This document shows, in pieces, positions 1-9,841 of a stretch of DNA of 64,000 bases (position 1 is its first letter; every line of letters starts with the position of its first letter). Location of the stretch: positions 1-64,000 of the forward strand of contig JABCTZ010000001.1 of NCBI GenBank assembly GCA_018238155.1, read 5' to 3'. Position numbers and translations under genes: made by a program. This DNA comes from Candidatus Heimdallarchaeota archaeon (lineage in GTDB: Archaea > Asgardarchaeota > Heimdallarchaeia > JABLTI01). The notes beneath the pieces were generated by a model. That model was given only the letters and a program-made list of their open reading frames with translations. It was not told the origin of the DNA and searched no databases.

Positions 1-534
1 AGATTAATTCAAGCAATCAATAAAACTTCTCAAAAGGATGCGGAATTTTTCATTTCAGATATTAGTATTGATTATATGAAGAAAATGATTGAAACTACAT
101 ATGAAATAGGTTGGTTCTTAAAACTCGTTAGAGGAGTTTCGCTCGAGAAAGTTAAAGAGATTGTAATAGATAACGAAAGAGTTCAAGAGGCTTTTCTGTC
201 TGGAACTGTTGCAGAAGCTATAGCGACTTTTCAAGAAGTAGCTGAAATATATGAGGATAAAGGGTTAGAATTCATACAAGACATATCAAAGGATGATTTC
301 CATGCTTTTATCAAATGTGAAATTGAGGATGCCTTGACTTTCGAAAGGAATTTTGAAAAGGAAGAAGAAGTTGAGAGAATCATTGTTGAGCTCAAAGAAT
401 TAGCTGATTTGGCTAAACAAGTTTCGGAAGAAAAAGAGCTGGAAATAAAAGCTTTGATAGTGGAAGTAGTCAAGGAGAAACAAGAAGAAAAGAAACTCAG
501 TGCTGAACGTACTAAAGCTATAAAATGGCTTTAG
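1..534 (+). CDS. Hypothetical helical protein, 5'-partial (frame is open from base 1)
   Basis: Frame 1 has no stop from base 1 to TAG at 532-534; the ORF track starts at ATG 76; Glu/Lys-rich helical composition; no motif recognised. Confidence 0.6.
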   Translation, partial: RLIQAINKTSQKDAEFFISDISIDYMKKMIETTYEIGWFLKLVRGVSLEKVKEIVIDNERVQEAFLSGTVAEAIATFQEVAEIYEDKGLEFIQDISKDDFHAFIKCEIEDALTFERNFEKEEEVERIIVELKELADLAKQVSEEKELEIKALIVEVVKEKQEEKKLSAERTKAIKWL

Positions 535-768
535 GGTGTTTGTTAGTGTATTTGAGTAGTTATTACATATAGTGAAAGAAAGGCGATCAAAAGTCGAATC
601 TTTATTGGTATCAGCAATGCTATTGCCTATCAATTGAATAAAGAAAGAAGGTTTTTGTTGTGTATCATTATTTTTATGTAAGACTGTAAAATAGACTCCT
701 AAAAAGACTGATGTTAAAACAACTAGAATAACTCCAATTGTGATTAAAATGATAAAAGAGCTGCTCAA
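535..768 (-). pseudogene. Probable truncated N-terminal fragment of a membrane-anchored or secreted protein
   Basis: N-terminal TM (FIILITIGVILVVLTSVFLGVYF) then DTNKDSTFD; the frame then runs antisense into the upstream gene with non-protein-like sequence. Confidence 0.35.
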
Positions 769-825
769 AAGAAAAAAATTAATTAATTCCTTATCGAATG
801 AGCATATTAGTAAATATAATAGGAA

Positions 826-1833
826 GTGTGTAAAACGTCCAATGAAAAGCCTAAACCCTATTTAATGGTAATAATTATTTCAATTATAATCATATCAGTG
901 ATGTCAATATCTATTTTTTCATTAATTAGCACAACGGTGCAGACCCAATCAACTAGACATTCAACAACCGCTGATATGCTAAACAATTTTGGAAATTTAG
1001 CGGAGATTGATATTCAGGTAATTCTTGAAGAAGATTCTGCAAAATATGAGACAGCCTATTCCTTTTTGAATGATTTATACCTTCTAAACGATCAATATAT
1101 CGCAATGGTAGAGTACAATGAAACCCATGCTTTTAATTATACACAGATAGATTTTGATGAAGTTAAGATGGAATTCACATTAAAAATGAAACACATCATC
1201 AACATCATACATAGTACCTCTGTATACGAATATTGTACAACAATTATTGGATCGGATACTGAAAATAACTACACAGTTTCCGGATATGAATATCTTTTCA
1301 TAATTAATAGATGGAATACTTGGGAAATGCCTTATGAACCAGTTCATAGTGATATATTTGATTTTGTAAATACAACATTTACTCTTGCAAGTGTTCCCAT
1401 AGATCTCCCGGAAATTAAACTTGAAACTTGGTCTTACCATCTGTATAATAATTTATCAATTATAGAGTACGTTGGTCCTAATAGTGCTATGAAATACGCT
1501 AACAATAAATTGAGTTCTATCGACTTAACTTATGTTAATCTCTCCCTTGCTAAAGTATCTGAATATAGTGATAGCTATGTACTCCTCAGTGAAAAAGCGA
1601 ATTCTATTATACAGGATTTCAATAATACACTCATAACTTTAGCATTGGCAGGTGTTCTTATGGGATTTGCAACCTCTTTTGATAGCGTAAAGCTTCGAAA
1701 AATTAGCCTTGTTGTCGGATTATTAGTACTTATCATTGGAATTTTGTACTTTGTTACAGCAACTGCTAATCATATTAGCTTAGCTATTTACGAAGCTGGA
1801 ATTGTTGGTGCAAATGAATTTGTGTTTGCTTAG
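826..1833 (+). CDS. Hypothetical membrane protein (N-terminal TM, large external loop, two C-terminal TMs)
   Basis: 335-aa ORF; hydrophobic segments at about aa 13-33, 267-283 and 293-313; several N-x-S/T sequons in the loop. Confidence 0.7.
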   Translation: MCKTSNEKPKPYLMVIIISIIIISVMSISIFSLISTTVQTQSTRHSTTADMLNNFGNLAEIDIQVILEEDSAKYETAYSFLNDLYLLNDQYIAMVEYNETHAFNYTQIDFDEVKMEFTLKMKHIINIIHSTSVYEYCTTIIGSDTENNYTVSGYEYLFIINRWNTWEMPYEPVHSDIFDFVNTTFTLASVPIDLPEIKLETWSYHLYNNLSIIEYVGPNSAMKYANNKLSSIDLTYVNLSLAKVSEYSDSYVLLSEKANSIIQDFNNTLITLALAGVLMGFATSFDSVKLRKISLVVGLLVLIIGILYFVTATANHISLAIYEAGIVGANEFVFA

Positions 1834-2002
1834 TGTTAGCATAGCATTCTTGGTAACATTGAATAAAAAAATTTGAAGAGTATTAACAAATATGTTAATC
1901 TTTCTTTCTTTCTTCAAAATTTAAAATCCGAAATTAATTAAAAGCACCAAAACAATAACTCCCCACAACGCCCAAATAGCTTTTCTAGGAAATTCTTAGT
2001 AG

Positions 2003-3331
2003 ATGGATTTGTTTTCAATGGAAGAAAATACACAAATAACTCGAGATAAATTCCCTATGATCGGGAAAATAATTCAAAGAAATGATAACAGTTTATCCTG
2101 CGAGAGAACTTTATCATTGGAAAGTGATTGCTATTTGGATCATCATCGATTCAATAATACACCTTTTCTTCCTGGAGTAATCGGCTTGGAACTCTTTGCA
2201 GAATTGGGTAGAATTCTTTTTCCGAATAAAACAATTCAACGATATGAGGATATTCACTTTCTTTCAGGTATTAGATTAAAGAAAGATAATCCAATTACTA
2301 TTTACACAAATATAATTGCTAGTGATAACATTGCTGATGTCGTAATTACATCAATTAGTAAAGGATTCTCGGTAAACAAATCAAATTCCAAAGTTCATTT
2401 CACAGCAAAAATGGTTTTTGGTAGTAGAGTAAGAGAAAGACAAAAGATACCTGTGTTAAAGAAATTGCCAATGCTTACTGGGGAATATATTTATCAAATA
2501 TTACCTCACGGCTCCTCATTTCAAGTATTAGCTGAACTAAATAGTATTGAGAATGAGATGATTGCAGTCGGCAGTTTTCGAAAGAGACAACTTTTTGGCT
2601 GGAAGGTCAAAGAGTTATTAACTGAACCATTTATTCTCGAAGCGGGTTTTCAAGCCATCGGGTTAATGGATTTTATTATTAATGGTCGTGCAGGTCTTCC
2701 ATCAAAGATTAAACAGATAACTTACTTTGAAACTGATGATAAACCATACTTCATTGTTGGAAGAGAAAATAGTAAGAAAAGAGGATTTTTTGATTTCAGT
2801 GTTCTATCAAAAAAGGGTAATGTTCATGTGGAAGTCACTGATTTTCAAATGGTGGAAATAAATTTTGGTGACACTTCTAGTATACTTGAAAAATTACGTT
2901 CTCACAGAATCCGTCAAATGTTACATATACCGAAAAAAACTTGGTTGGAAGTAATTGATAAACATTTGTTTCTAGATAAATTATCTCGAGAGCCGGATTT
3001 TGTTAGAACCTTTTTACGAAATGATGAATTTGACGAATTAGAGGGATTGAATGAAAAGGATAAAACAGAACGATTATTAGAATTATTTGCACTAAAAAGA
3101 TCTCTTAGAGTTGTTCTTCGCTCTAGAAAGATGTTGAATTTTAAGTTAGAGAAAGATGAAATCGGAAATTATTACTGCTCTCATAAAGGTAAAAATGTTT
3201 ATCTTACAATGGTGGAAGAAATAGATTATCTTCTAGTATTAGCAAGTCGAAAAAGAAAAGACGGGCTCGATTTTTACGACGAAAGAGAGAAAATCAAGGA
3301 AAAGATAGAAGCTATTCGAGATAAAAAATAA
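2003..3331 (+). CDS. PKS-type dehydratase (double hot-dog) fused to a degenerate, truncated Sfp-type phosphopantetheinyl transferase half
   Basis: LDHHRFNNTPFLPG (DH catalytic His motif), HGSSFQ, EPFILEAGFQ; C-terminal LRNDE...FALKRSLR...DEIGNY...YLTMVE...GLDF resembles the PPTase N-half. Confidence 0.65.
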   Translation: MDLFSMEENTQITRDKFPMIGKIIQRNDNSLSCERTLSLESDCYLDHHRFNNTPFLPGVIGLELFAELGRILFPNKTIQRYEDIHFLSGIRLKKDNPITIYTNIIASDNIADVVITSISKGFSVNKSNSKVHFTAKMVFGSRVRERQKIPVLKKLPMLTGEYIYQILPHGSSFQVLAELNSIENEMIAVGSFRKRQLFGWKVKELLTEPFILEAGFQAIGLMDFIINGRAGLPSKIKQITYFETDDKPYFIVGRENSKKRGFFDFSVLSKKGNVHVEVTDFQMVEINFGDTSSILEKLRSHRIRQMLHIPKKTWLEVIDKHLFLDKLSREPDFVRTFLRNDEFDELEGLNEKDKTERLLELFALKRSLRVVLRSRKMLNFKLEKDEIGNYYCSHKGKNVYLTMVEEIDYLLVLASRKRKDGLDFYDEREKIKEKIEAIRDKK

Positions 3332-3353
3332 CAGCTTGTTTTCTTTGAGTTTT

Positions 3354-3899
3354 CTATTCTAATTTCACTTTATCACTCTCAAGATAGATCAATAAAATTG
3401 TCTTTAATTGTTTCATTTGGTCATCATCTAGAACCCTCTTAGGAATAAAACCTAGAAAGATGTCCATGAAGTGAAACCAAAGAGTATTTCTCATTTTGTC
3501 TCTAACAACTGAGACTTGATCCCAAGAATACTTTTGCTTTCTAAATATTTCATCAATAATTATACCTTCTTTGTTTAAAGACCACTTTCTTTCCTTAGGC
3601 ATTTTTATCTCAAATTTCCACCTAACTTTTTCAATTATTATCATACCAATCGGTAACATTAGGCTAACAAAAATATATATACTTGGCAGAGTAATCATTA
3701 ATAAAATACCAATGTAGGAAAATTCACTCGTAAATCCAATAATAATCATCACTACTTCAAATATCATTAAACAAACAAAAGGAATGACACCAAATAATAA
3801 TATTGTTATTTTATTATATAATTGATCAAAAGTGATTCTTCTTCGATCCTCATACGTTTCTTCATAGATAATTTCCATTTCATTTTCTTCAATTGCCAT
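3354..3899 (-). CDS. YcxB-like membrane protein
   Basis: Two TMs, then LNKEGIII...YSWDQV...FIPKRVL pattern; ATG 3899 follows a GGAG site (track start 3917). Confidence 0.65.
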   Translation of the reverse strand: MAIEENEMEIIYEETYEDRRRITFDQLYNKITILLFGVIPFVCLMIFEVVMIIIGFTSEFSYIGILLMITLPSIYIFVSLMLPIGMIIIEKVRWKFEIKMPKERKWSLNKEGIIIDEIFRKQKYSWDQVSVVRDKMRNTLWFHFMDIFLGFIPKRVLDDDQMKQLKTILLIYLESDKVKLE

Positions 3900-3931
3900 A
3901 ATGTTTCTCTCCTTCAAATAACTTATTGTTT

Positions 3932-4516
3932 TTACTTGTTTTCTTCTATGATCGAAATATCATTTGACAAAAATTCTACTTTAGTATTGTCTATATTATT
4001 TAGTAAAATCCTGTGCATTTTTCTTAATTGTTCTTCATCTAATACTATTTTTGGAATCCAAAAACAATTAAACTTTGCTAAGTAAAAAGTAACTAGTTGG
4101 TTTGTTTCCACTACTTTATTGATGAAATCCCATTTAAGAATCGAACTTGAAATTGTAGCATCAATATTTATTCCTTCATTGTTTAATATTACCTTACGAT
4201 TAATTGGGTGGTTGTTTAACCCTACTTTGATTTTCTTATTAATTTTTCTAATAAATAAGTGAGCTAAAAGAGATAATACAATGTATATACATAATGGTAT
4301 ACAATATGACCATATGATTGCATTTAAAATGGTCTCGCCAAGTATCCATACTTGAAAACTAAAATTCAACGTTAGAAATATTACTAAAAAGACTGGGAGT
4401 AAAAAAATAATTAAATTTAGTTTTTTGATATGAGAGAGTTCTTTAGTTACTTTCTGATTCTTATCAAAATCTTCTGAATATTCTATTTCCATTTCTTCTA
4501 TTTGATCCTTCATCAT
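3932..4516 (-). CDS. YcxB-like membrane protein (tandem paralog of 3354-3899)
   Basis: Two TMs, then LNNEGINI...LKWDFI...WIPKIVLDEEQL. Confidence 0.65.
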   Translation of the reverse strand: MMKDQIEEMEIEYSEDFDKNQKVTKELSHIKKLNLIIFLLPVFLVIFLTLNFSFQVWILGETILNAIIWSYCIPLCIYIVLSLLAHLFIRKINKKIKVGLNNHPINRKVILNNEGINIDATISSSILKWDFINKVVETNQLVTFYLAKFNCFWIPKIVLDEEQLRKMHRILLNNIDNTKVEFLSNDISIIEENK

Positions 4517-4745
4517 TCCTCTTTCTTCCTTAATAAATCCTAATCTCTTAAAATTGACTATACTTGAATAGTTTTGACTTTACTTAAAAATATTCTTAAT
4601 TCAAGAGTAAAAAGAGAGACTATTTAAAAATGCAACTGTGACAAACTAGTTCACTGAGAATAGAAAATCTACTTTATTCAAATTTTTAATTTACTAAGAA
4701 AAGTTAATTTTCAATGAATAATACTTTCTTTAAAATAAAATGAGA

Positions 4746-4765
4746 GAAATCCCTGAAGGGATTTC
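4746..4765 (-). terminator. Stem-loop terminator candidate after the ABC operon
   Basis: gaaatccc-tgaa-gggatttc perfect 8-bp stem 11 nt downstream of the stop at 4777, followed by a T-rich tract on the minus strand. Confidence 0.55.
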
Positions 4766-4776
4766 AATTGAGTATT

Positions 4777-6063
4777 TTATTCATCGGTAATTTTGGTTAG
4801 GAATATGCCAAGGATAAAAATTGCTAAACAGAATGCAAATCCATACCCAAGATTAGTTAATGAAACAATATGTTGTTTTGTTATCATTGCCGCTCGTAAA
4901 GCATCATTTAGATATGTCAGGGGGAAGAACTTGGATATAACGTTCAATACAGGATTTCCTGAAATATCAAAGAATGCTCCACTAAGGAACATCATTGGGA
5001 AGGTAAGTAAATTAGCTGCTCCTGCCGCTGCATCAGGGTTCTTAACAAAACGGGAAACGGTCATACCCAAACCTGTGAAACCCATTGCAGCAGAAATCAT
5101 TATTGGTATTATTTTCCAATCTAAGACATCAATGATCCATGAATAATTGCCTTTTGCAATACTAAATATGAGATAACTGCATACCCACGTTGCGATGAAT
5201 GATATCCAACCAAGGAAGAATTGCCAAATAGTTTCGCCCGCAACTAAGTTAGCTTTAGTCATTGGTGTTGAAGCAAGTTTTCTGAATAATCCTTGTTTCT
5301 TGAAATAGCTATGTCTTTGTACTGTGCCTATTACAGCATTATTCATTACTGCAACACAAATCATTCCGGGAACCAAATAAGCAAAATAATCATAATCTTC
5401 TTCCAAGTAGATGTTTTGTACTTCCATACCAAAATGATCTCTTGCAGGATTCATTGGATCTAAGAGTGCATCTATGTACATATTGATGTTGTAAAAAACT
5501 TGATCTACAATATGCAAGACAACACTTGAAGATTGGTCATTTTCAATGGCTATGATTCGTAGAGTAGCATCTGATGCGTTTGTAAACAATTTATAGCTAT
5601 AATTCGCAGGAATTACTAAACCAATATACGCATTATCTTGTTGTTCTAAGTATAACCCAGGGTCTACTGCTTCCCCTGCTTTTTGAAGTGGAATGTATTG
5701 AATATTTATCAAGGAAGTATTATCTTCTGTTTTTATCTCAGATACTGCTGCAATAATGCTGTCAGTAACATTCACGAAAACAGGAGTACCCATTACATCT
5801 TGAATATATCCTTGATCCTCACCAACTTGCATATATAATGTATAACTGACTGCACTTTCCGAGAAAATCATCCCAAATAGTGTTGTTATTATGATAGGAT
5901 AAGCGACTGCAAAGAAGATTGTCATTGGCGATCTTTTGAAATCTATGAAAGCAGCAATCGAATATCCACTAACTTTGCTGAAAGAATGTTTTAGCTTCCT
6001 CTTTAGGTTCATAGAGTTTTTCTGAGTTTCGTCTGATTTTTTATTGTTATTTTTTGTTGCCAT
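4777..6063 (-). CDS. ABC-2 type transporter permease
   Basis: YLVPGMI, LASTPM, FPMMFLSGAFF, PLTYLNDALR motifs; TM pattern with a large external loop. Confidence 0.9.
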   Translation of the reverse strand: MATKNNNKKSDETQKNSMNLKRKLKHSFSKVSGYSIAAFIDFKRSPMTIFFAVAYPIIITTLFGMIFSESAVSYTLYMQVGEDQGYIQDVMGTPVFVNVTDSIIAAVSEIKTEDNTSLINIQYIPLQKAGEAVDPGLYLEQQDNAYIGLVIPANYSYKLFTNASDATLRIIAIENDQSSSVVLHIVDQVFYNINMYIDALLDPMNPARDHFGMEVQNIYLEEDYDYFAYLVPGMICVAVMNNAVIGTVQRHSYFKKQGLFRKLASTPMTKANLVAGETIWQFFLGWISFIATWVCSYLIFSIAKGNYSWIIDVLDWKIIPIMISAAMGFTGLGMTVSRFVKNPDAAAGAANLLTFPMMFLSGAFFDISGNPVLNVISKFFPLTYLNDALRAAMITKQHIVSLTNLGYGFAFCLAIFILGIFLTKITDE

Positions 6064-6080
6064 TAAATCATCTCCTCCAA

Positions 6081-7313
6081 TTATTCCTTTTTCCAGTCCA
6101 TAATTAGTGTACCTATCACAAAGAACCCTATGCCTATGACAACAAGTATACCAAAATAATAGCCAAAGTTACTCATGGTTGATTCAAGCATGAGAGATTT
6201 CATTGCCTCATTTGCATAATATAATGGTATGAACTGAGCTACTTTTGCCAAAAAATTTGGCATCATACTGACGGGCATTATTGAATTTGATAGAAACATC
6301 ATTGGAAAAACAATCATCATTGCTGCTGCTGCAGCAGCTTCTGGTCTTTTAACGAACCGAGAAATGATTAAAGCCATTCCCGCGAAGGCCATTGAACCAA
6401 AAATTACTGGTAAGATCATTAGTGGATGTAGCATAGATAAATTGAACCCGTAAACCAGCCACCCTGTTAAGATTGACACTAGACTAATACCAAAACCAAT
6501 AGTTATCTGCCATAATTCAATCGCAAACGCCCATTCCCATTTTTTAACTGGTGTTGCAGATAATTTGTAAAGAAAGCCTGTACTTCTTTGTGAAGTAACA
6601 TTGGAAACAACACCAAGTATCCCTGAAGTACAGAGAGTGACCATAATCATTCCAGGAACATAGAAGTCAATACCATCTAATCCTTCCCTGTTAGGAGTTG
6701 TTTCAACTTCAACATCGATATGTGAAACAAGCCCAAATTTCTCAGCATTCATGTCATGTAAGATATCTGTAAGTATTTGCATGATTGTTAGAGCAGAAGA
6801 ATAGGATGGATCATAATAGAATGAAATGTTGGCTTTGGGAGCATTTGGGTCTGTCTCAGTGAGATTAGCGGCTTCTGACCAACCTTTAGGAATAACCATT
6901 AAGTTTGAATAATCATTTGCCCCTGTCCAATCTGAAGCATCATGTAGTGTTGAGTTATAGGCTACTTTTACTAAACGAATATTCAGTTCACTTGCAAGAG
7001 AATCATTATTTAACCCCATGCTTTCTAGCAGCTCATTTGTTGGATTGTAGCTAACCATAGAACCATCTGCTGCTTGATATATGTCTTCATTAACATAATA
7101 AACATCGAATTGTGTAGTAGTTGATCCTCCACCAAAGATAGAACCCATCAATATTATCATAATAACCGGAAAAATGAAGGTAAAAAACAATGCTTCTTTG
7201 GAACGCATCCAATCCGCTGCTGTACCAATATAGATAGAACCAATTCGTCTTAGACTATAGAAAATTTTTTTTGAGAAGGGTAGTTTTTCGCCTATTTGAG
7301 ATTTATCATTCAT
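6081..7313 (-). CDS. ABC-2 type transporter permease
   Basis: FTFIFP, FYVPGMI, LSATPV, FPMMFLS, IPLYYANEAMK motifs. Confidence 0.9.
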   Translation of the reverse strand: MNDKSQIGEKLPFSKKIFYSLRRIGSIYIGTAADWMRSKEALFFTFIFPVIMIILMGSIFGGGSTTTQFDVYYVNEDIYQAADGSMVSYNPTNELLESMGLNNDSLASELNIRLVKVAYNSTLHDASDWTGANDYSNLMVIPKGWSEAANLTETDPNAPKANISFYYDPSYSSALTIMQILTDILHDMNAEKFGLVSHIDVEVETTPNREGLDGIDFYVPGMIMVTLCTSGILGVVSNVTSQRSTGFLYKLSATPVKKWEWAFAIELWQITIGFGISLVSILTGWLVYGFNLSMLHPLMILPVIFGSMAFAGMALIISRFVKRPEAAAAAAMMIVFPMMFLSNSIMPVSMMPNFLAKVAQFIPLYYANEAMKSLMLESTMSNFGYYFGILVVIGIGFFVIGTLIMDWKKE

Positions 7314-7326
7314 TCACAACCCTCCA

Positions 7327-8334
7327 CTATGAACTCTTTGTTGAAACAACATCACCTTGACCTGTAGAAAGCAAAGTTTCTCCAGTCAAAGATAAGAAAA
7401 CATCTTCAAGAGTAGGTCTTTGAGAGATGATGTCTGTATAGGAAATCTTCTTTTCATTAAGGACATCCACAACAGATGAAATCGCACCTTTCTTTGCAGA
7501 AATGACAATATCTCCATCTTCATTTTCCATCGGACCATGTTCAAACAAAATAGCATGAACTTGATCTCGAGAATCTTGGTTACTACAGCGAACAATAATT
7601 TTATTTTCGCCACCGTATTTATCAATCAGTTCAGTTGGTGTTCCAATATCTCTAATCTTTCCCTTATGAATAATTGCTACTCTATCCGCAAGCACTTGAG
7701 CTTCCATCATGTAGTGTGTAGTCAAGAAAATCGTTTTACCTTTTGCTTTCAAATCTTTTATTACTGCCCAAGATTCTCTTCGAGCTCGAGGGTCCAATCC
7801 TGTGGTTGGTTCATCTAAAACAACCAAATCTGGGTCGTTAATTAAGGCTATTGCGATTCCTACCCTTCGTTTTAATCCACCAGATAAATTCTTGAATTTT
7901 TCTTTTGTTTTATCTTCAAGATTTAATAGTTTGATTAAATCCTCAGGAGGTAGATAACTGTGATACATTCTACCCCAAAATCGCAAGTTTTCAATAACCG
8001 TTAGGTTTTCATGAGTACTAAACTCTTGAGGTAAAGTTCCAATAAGTAGTTGTATTTTTTTTAAATCACTTCTTTTTGAAACATCAAGACTAAAAACTTT
8101 CAATTGCCCACTCGTAGCTTTTCGAATTCCTTCGAAAATTTCTACTGTGGTCGTTTTTCCTGCACCATTGGGACCAAGCAAAGCAAAAATTTCTCCTTTC
8201 TTTACTTTGAAGGAGATATCATTTACTGCAGCTAATTCCCCGTACATTTTTATGAGATTCGTAATCTCAATTGCATATTCTTCACTACTCAATGACTTTT
8301 TCCTGCTTAATTTATAAAAGCTATATTCTCTCAA
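7327..8334 (-). CDS. ABC transporter ATP-binding protein (DrrA-like exporter)
   Basis: Walker A GPNGAGKTT, signature LSGG, Walker B VVLDEPT, H-loop TTHYM; true start may be TTG at 8292. Confidence 0.95.
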   Translation of the reverse strand: MREYSFYKLSRKKSLSSEEYAIEITNLIKMYGELAAVNDISFKVKKGEIFALLGPNGAGKTTTVEIFEGIRKATSGQLKVFSLDVSKRSDLKKIQLLIGTLPQEFSTHENLTVIENLRFWGRMYHSYLPPEDLIKLLNLEDKTKEKFKNLSGGLKRRVGIAIALINDPDLVVLDEPTTGLDPRARRESWAVIKDLKAKGKTIFLTTHYMMEAQVLADRVAIIHKGKIRDIGTPTELIDKYGGENKIIVRCSNQDSRDQVHAILFEHGPMENEDGDIVISAKKGAISSVVDVLNEKKISYTDIISQRPTLEDVFLSLTGETLLSTGQGDVVSTKSS

Positions 8335-8560
8335 TATGTCAATTTACAATCTATCTTATAAATATAACCAATTTTATTTTTTCCACAACAAACTTTGATT
8401 TCACTGGCATTGATTGATGAATTTAGAAAAATAGAGTAATGTTTTCTGGGTTCTTTGTTTATCCATTTGTTTTCCTAAAATTTGTGCTCTTTAACTCAAA
8501 TATACGACTAATCAACCGTTATTATGATTTTTTTACTTAAAAAAAAAGATAGCTTTAGAA

Positions 8561-9655
8561 TTAAAGCTTCATATTTTTTCCGAAATACATTAGCTCATAG
8601 ATCACTGTAGATTCGTAATGTTCTTTCTTACTGTCTTTTTCTAAGGAAAATTCAGCTCTTCCCAAAAATCGGTGATACTGAGGATTTTTACCGATCTGTT
8701 TTAAAAACAAATGAGGACTATTTCCAAATAGCAAATTTTGATGCATCAAATCTTCTTTTCGTTGGAGATTTAATTTGAATTTGATTTTATCATCCTCATA
8801 ATTGAACTTGAGTAAATTTGAGACCATTTTTTTGGTCTTTGGATGTTTTTTGATTTGGTCATAGGAAACAGTGATTTTTTCAGAATCATCTGCTAAAATA
8901 CCTGTCTTATCAAGTAACAATGCAAATGGCTTTTGTATAAAGTTGTATTCTTTTCTTGCGATCAAATTACCTGCAAGTAGAATGTAATCACCAATGTGTG
9001 CTCTTGCCCAGTACCAATGATTAAACAAGCTGCTAGGATCGGCATTTCCCCAGTTATGATCATGATAACCATGCCCATTGATTTGTCTTTTCTTACCGTT
9101 AATAGTTAGAGTACCGGAGACTTTTCCATAAGGGATTGAGGGAAACCAAGCAAAGTATTTCTCTTTCTCCATAGCATTTTTTTGAAAATAAAGGAATCCA
9201 TTATCCATTCTCTTTCCTAGTTGAGTTAATCTTTCAAGTTTAATTTCAGCCGTAATGGATTTTGTGGATGCTTTTATTTTATATGTTTTTAAATCTCCAA
9301 TGAAATAATTATCTTTTATCCGAACGTCACATTGTTCTTGTGAGCTAGAGTAATTTTTCTTCCATTGTTTTTCAAGGTAAAATTCACGGGTTGTTTCCCC
9401 CTTTGGGTCTGTATAATCAATTGCTATAAGAGGTGTTATTAGAGAATGAGTGTCAAAATATGGTTTTGGTCCAAAAATGATGACTATTACTGACCCATCA
9501 TCTAATTCTGCATCAAAATACCACCACTCAAAATGCTTCCGGTCAACAGGAACTCTTTGTCCATCTTCCCATATTTCAGGGGTTGGTTTCATTCCCTCTT
9601 TCTCAAAATATTGCTCTTTATTACCAGGGTATACTTTAGGTTCATTTGAATTCAT
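8561..9655 (-). CDS. CrtC/hydroxyneurosporene synthase-like (AttH/lipocalin-fold) protein
   Basis: WEDGQR...FEWWYFD and GHGYHDHNWG motifs typical of this family. Confidence 0.75.
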   Translation of the reverse strand: MNSNEPKVYPGNKEQYFEKEGMKPTPEIWEDGQRVPVDRKHFEWWYFDAELDDGSVIVIIFGPKPYFDTHSLITPLIAIDYTDPKGETTREFYLEKQWKKNYSSSQEQCDVRIKDNYFIGDLKTYKIKASTKSITAEIKLERLTQLGKRMDNGFLYFQKNAMEKEKYFAWFPSIPYGKVSGTLTINGKKRQINGHGYHDHNWGNADPSSLFNHWYWARAHIGDYILLAGNLIARKEYNFIQKPFALLLDKTGILADDSEKITVSYDQIKKHPKTKKMVSNLLKFNYEDDKIKFKLNLQRKEDLMHQNLLFGNSPHLFLKQIGKNPQYHRFLGRAEFSLEKDSKKEHYESTVIYELMYFGKNMKL

Positions 9656-9841
9656 AAGATAATAAACTATCTTTCAAATATTTAAGATTCTCTTTTACTG
9701 ATGAAGAAAAGATTATCCATGGAAAATGCTTTTCTACATTGCTTTTAATTACTTTCAAGTTGTAGCAAATATCAAAACTATTTACAATAAGACCTTTTCA
9801 AATTATACTTTCGAAAATAGAACATTTATATTTAACCAAGA

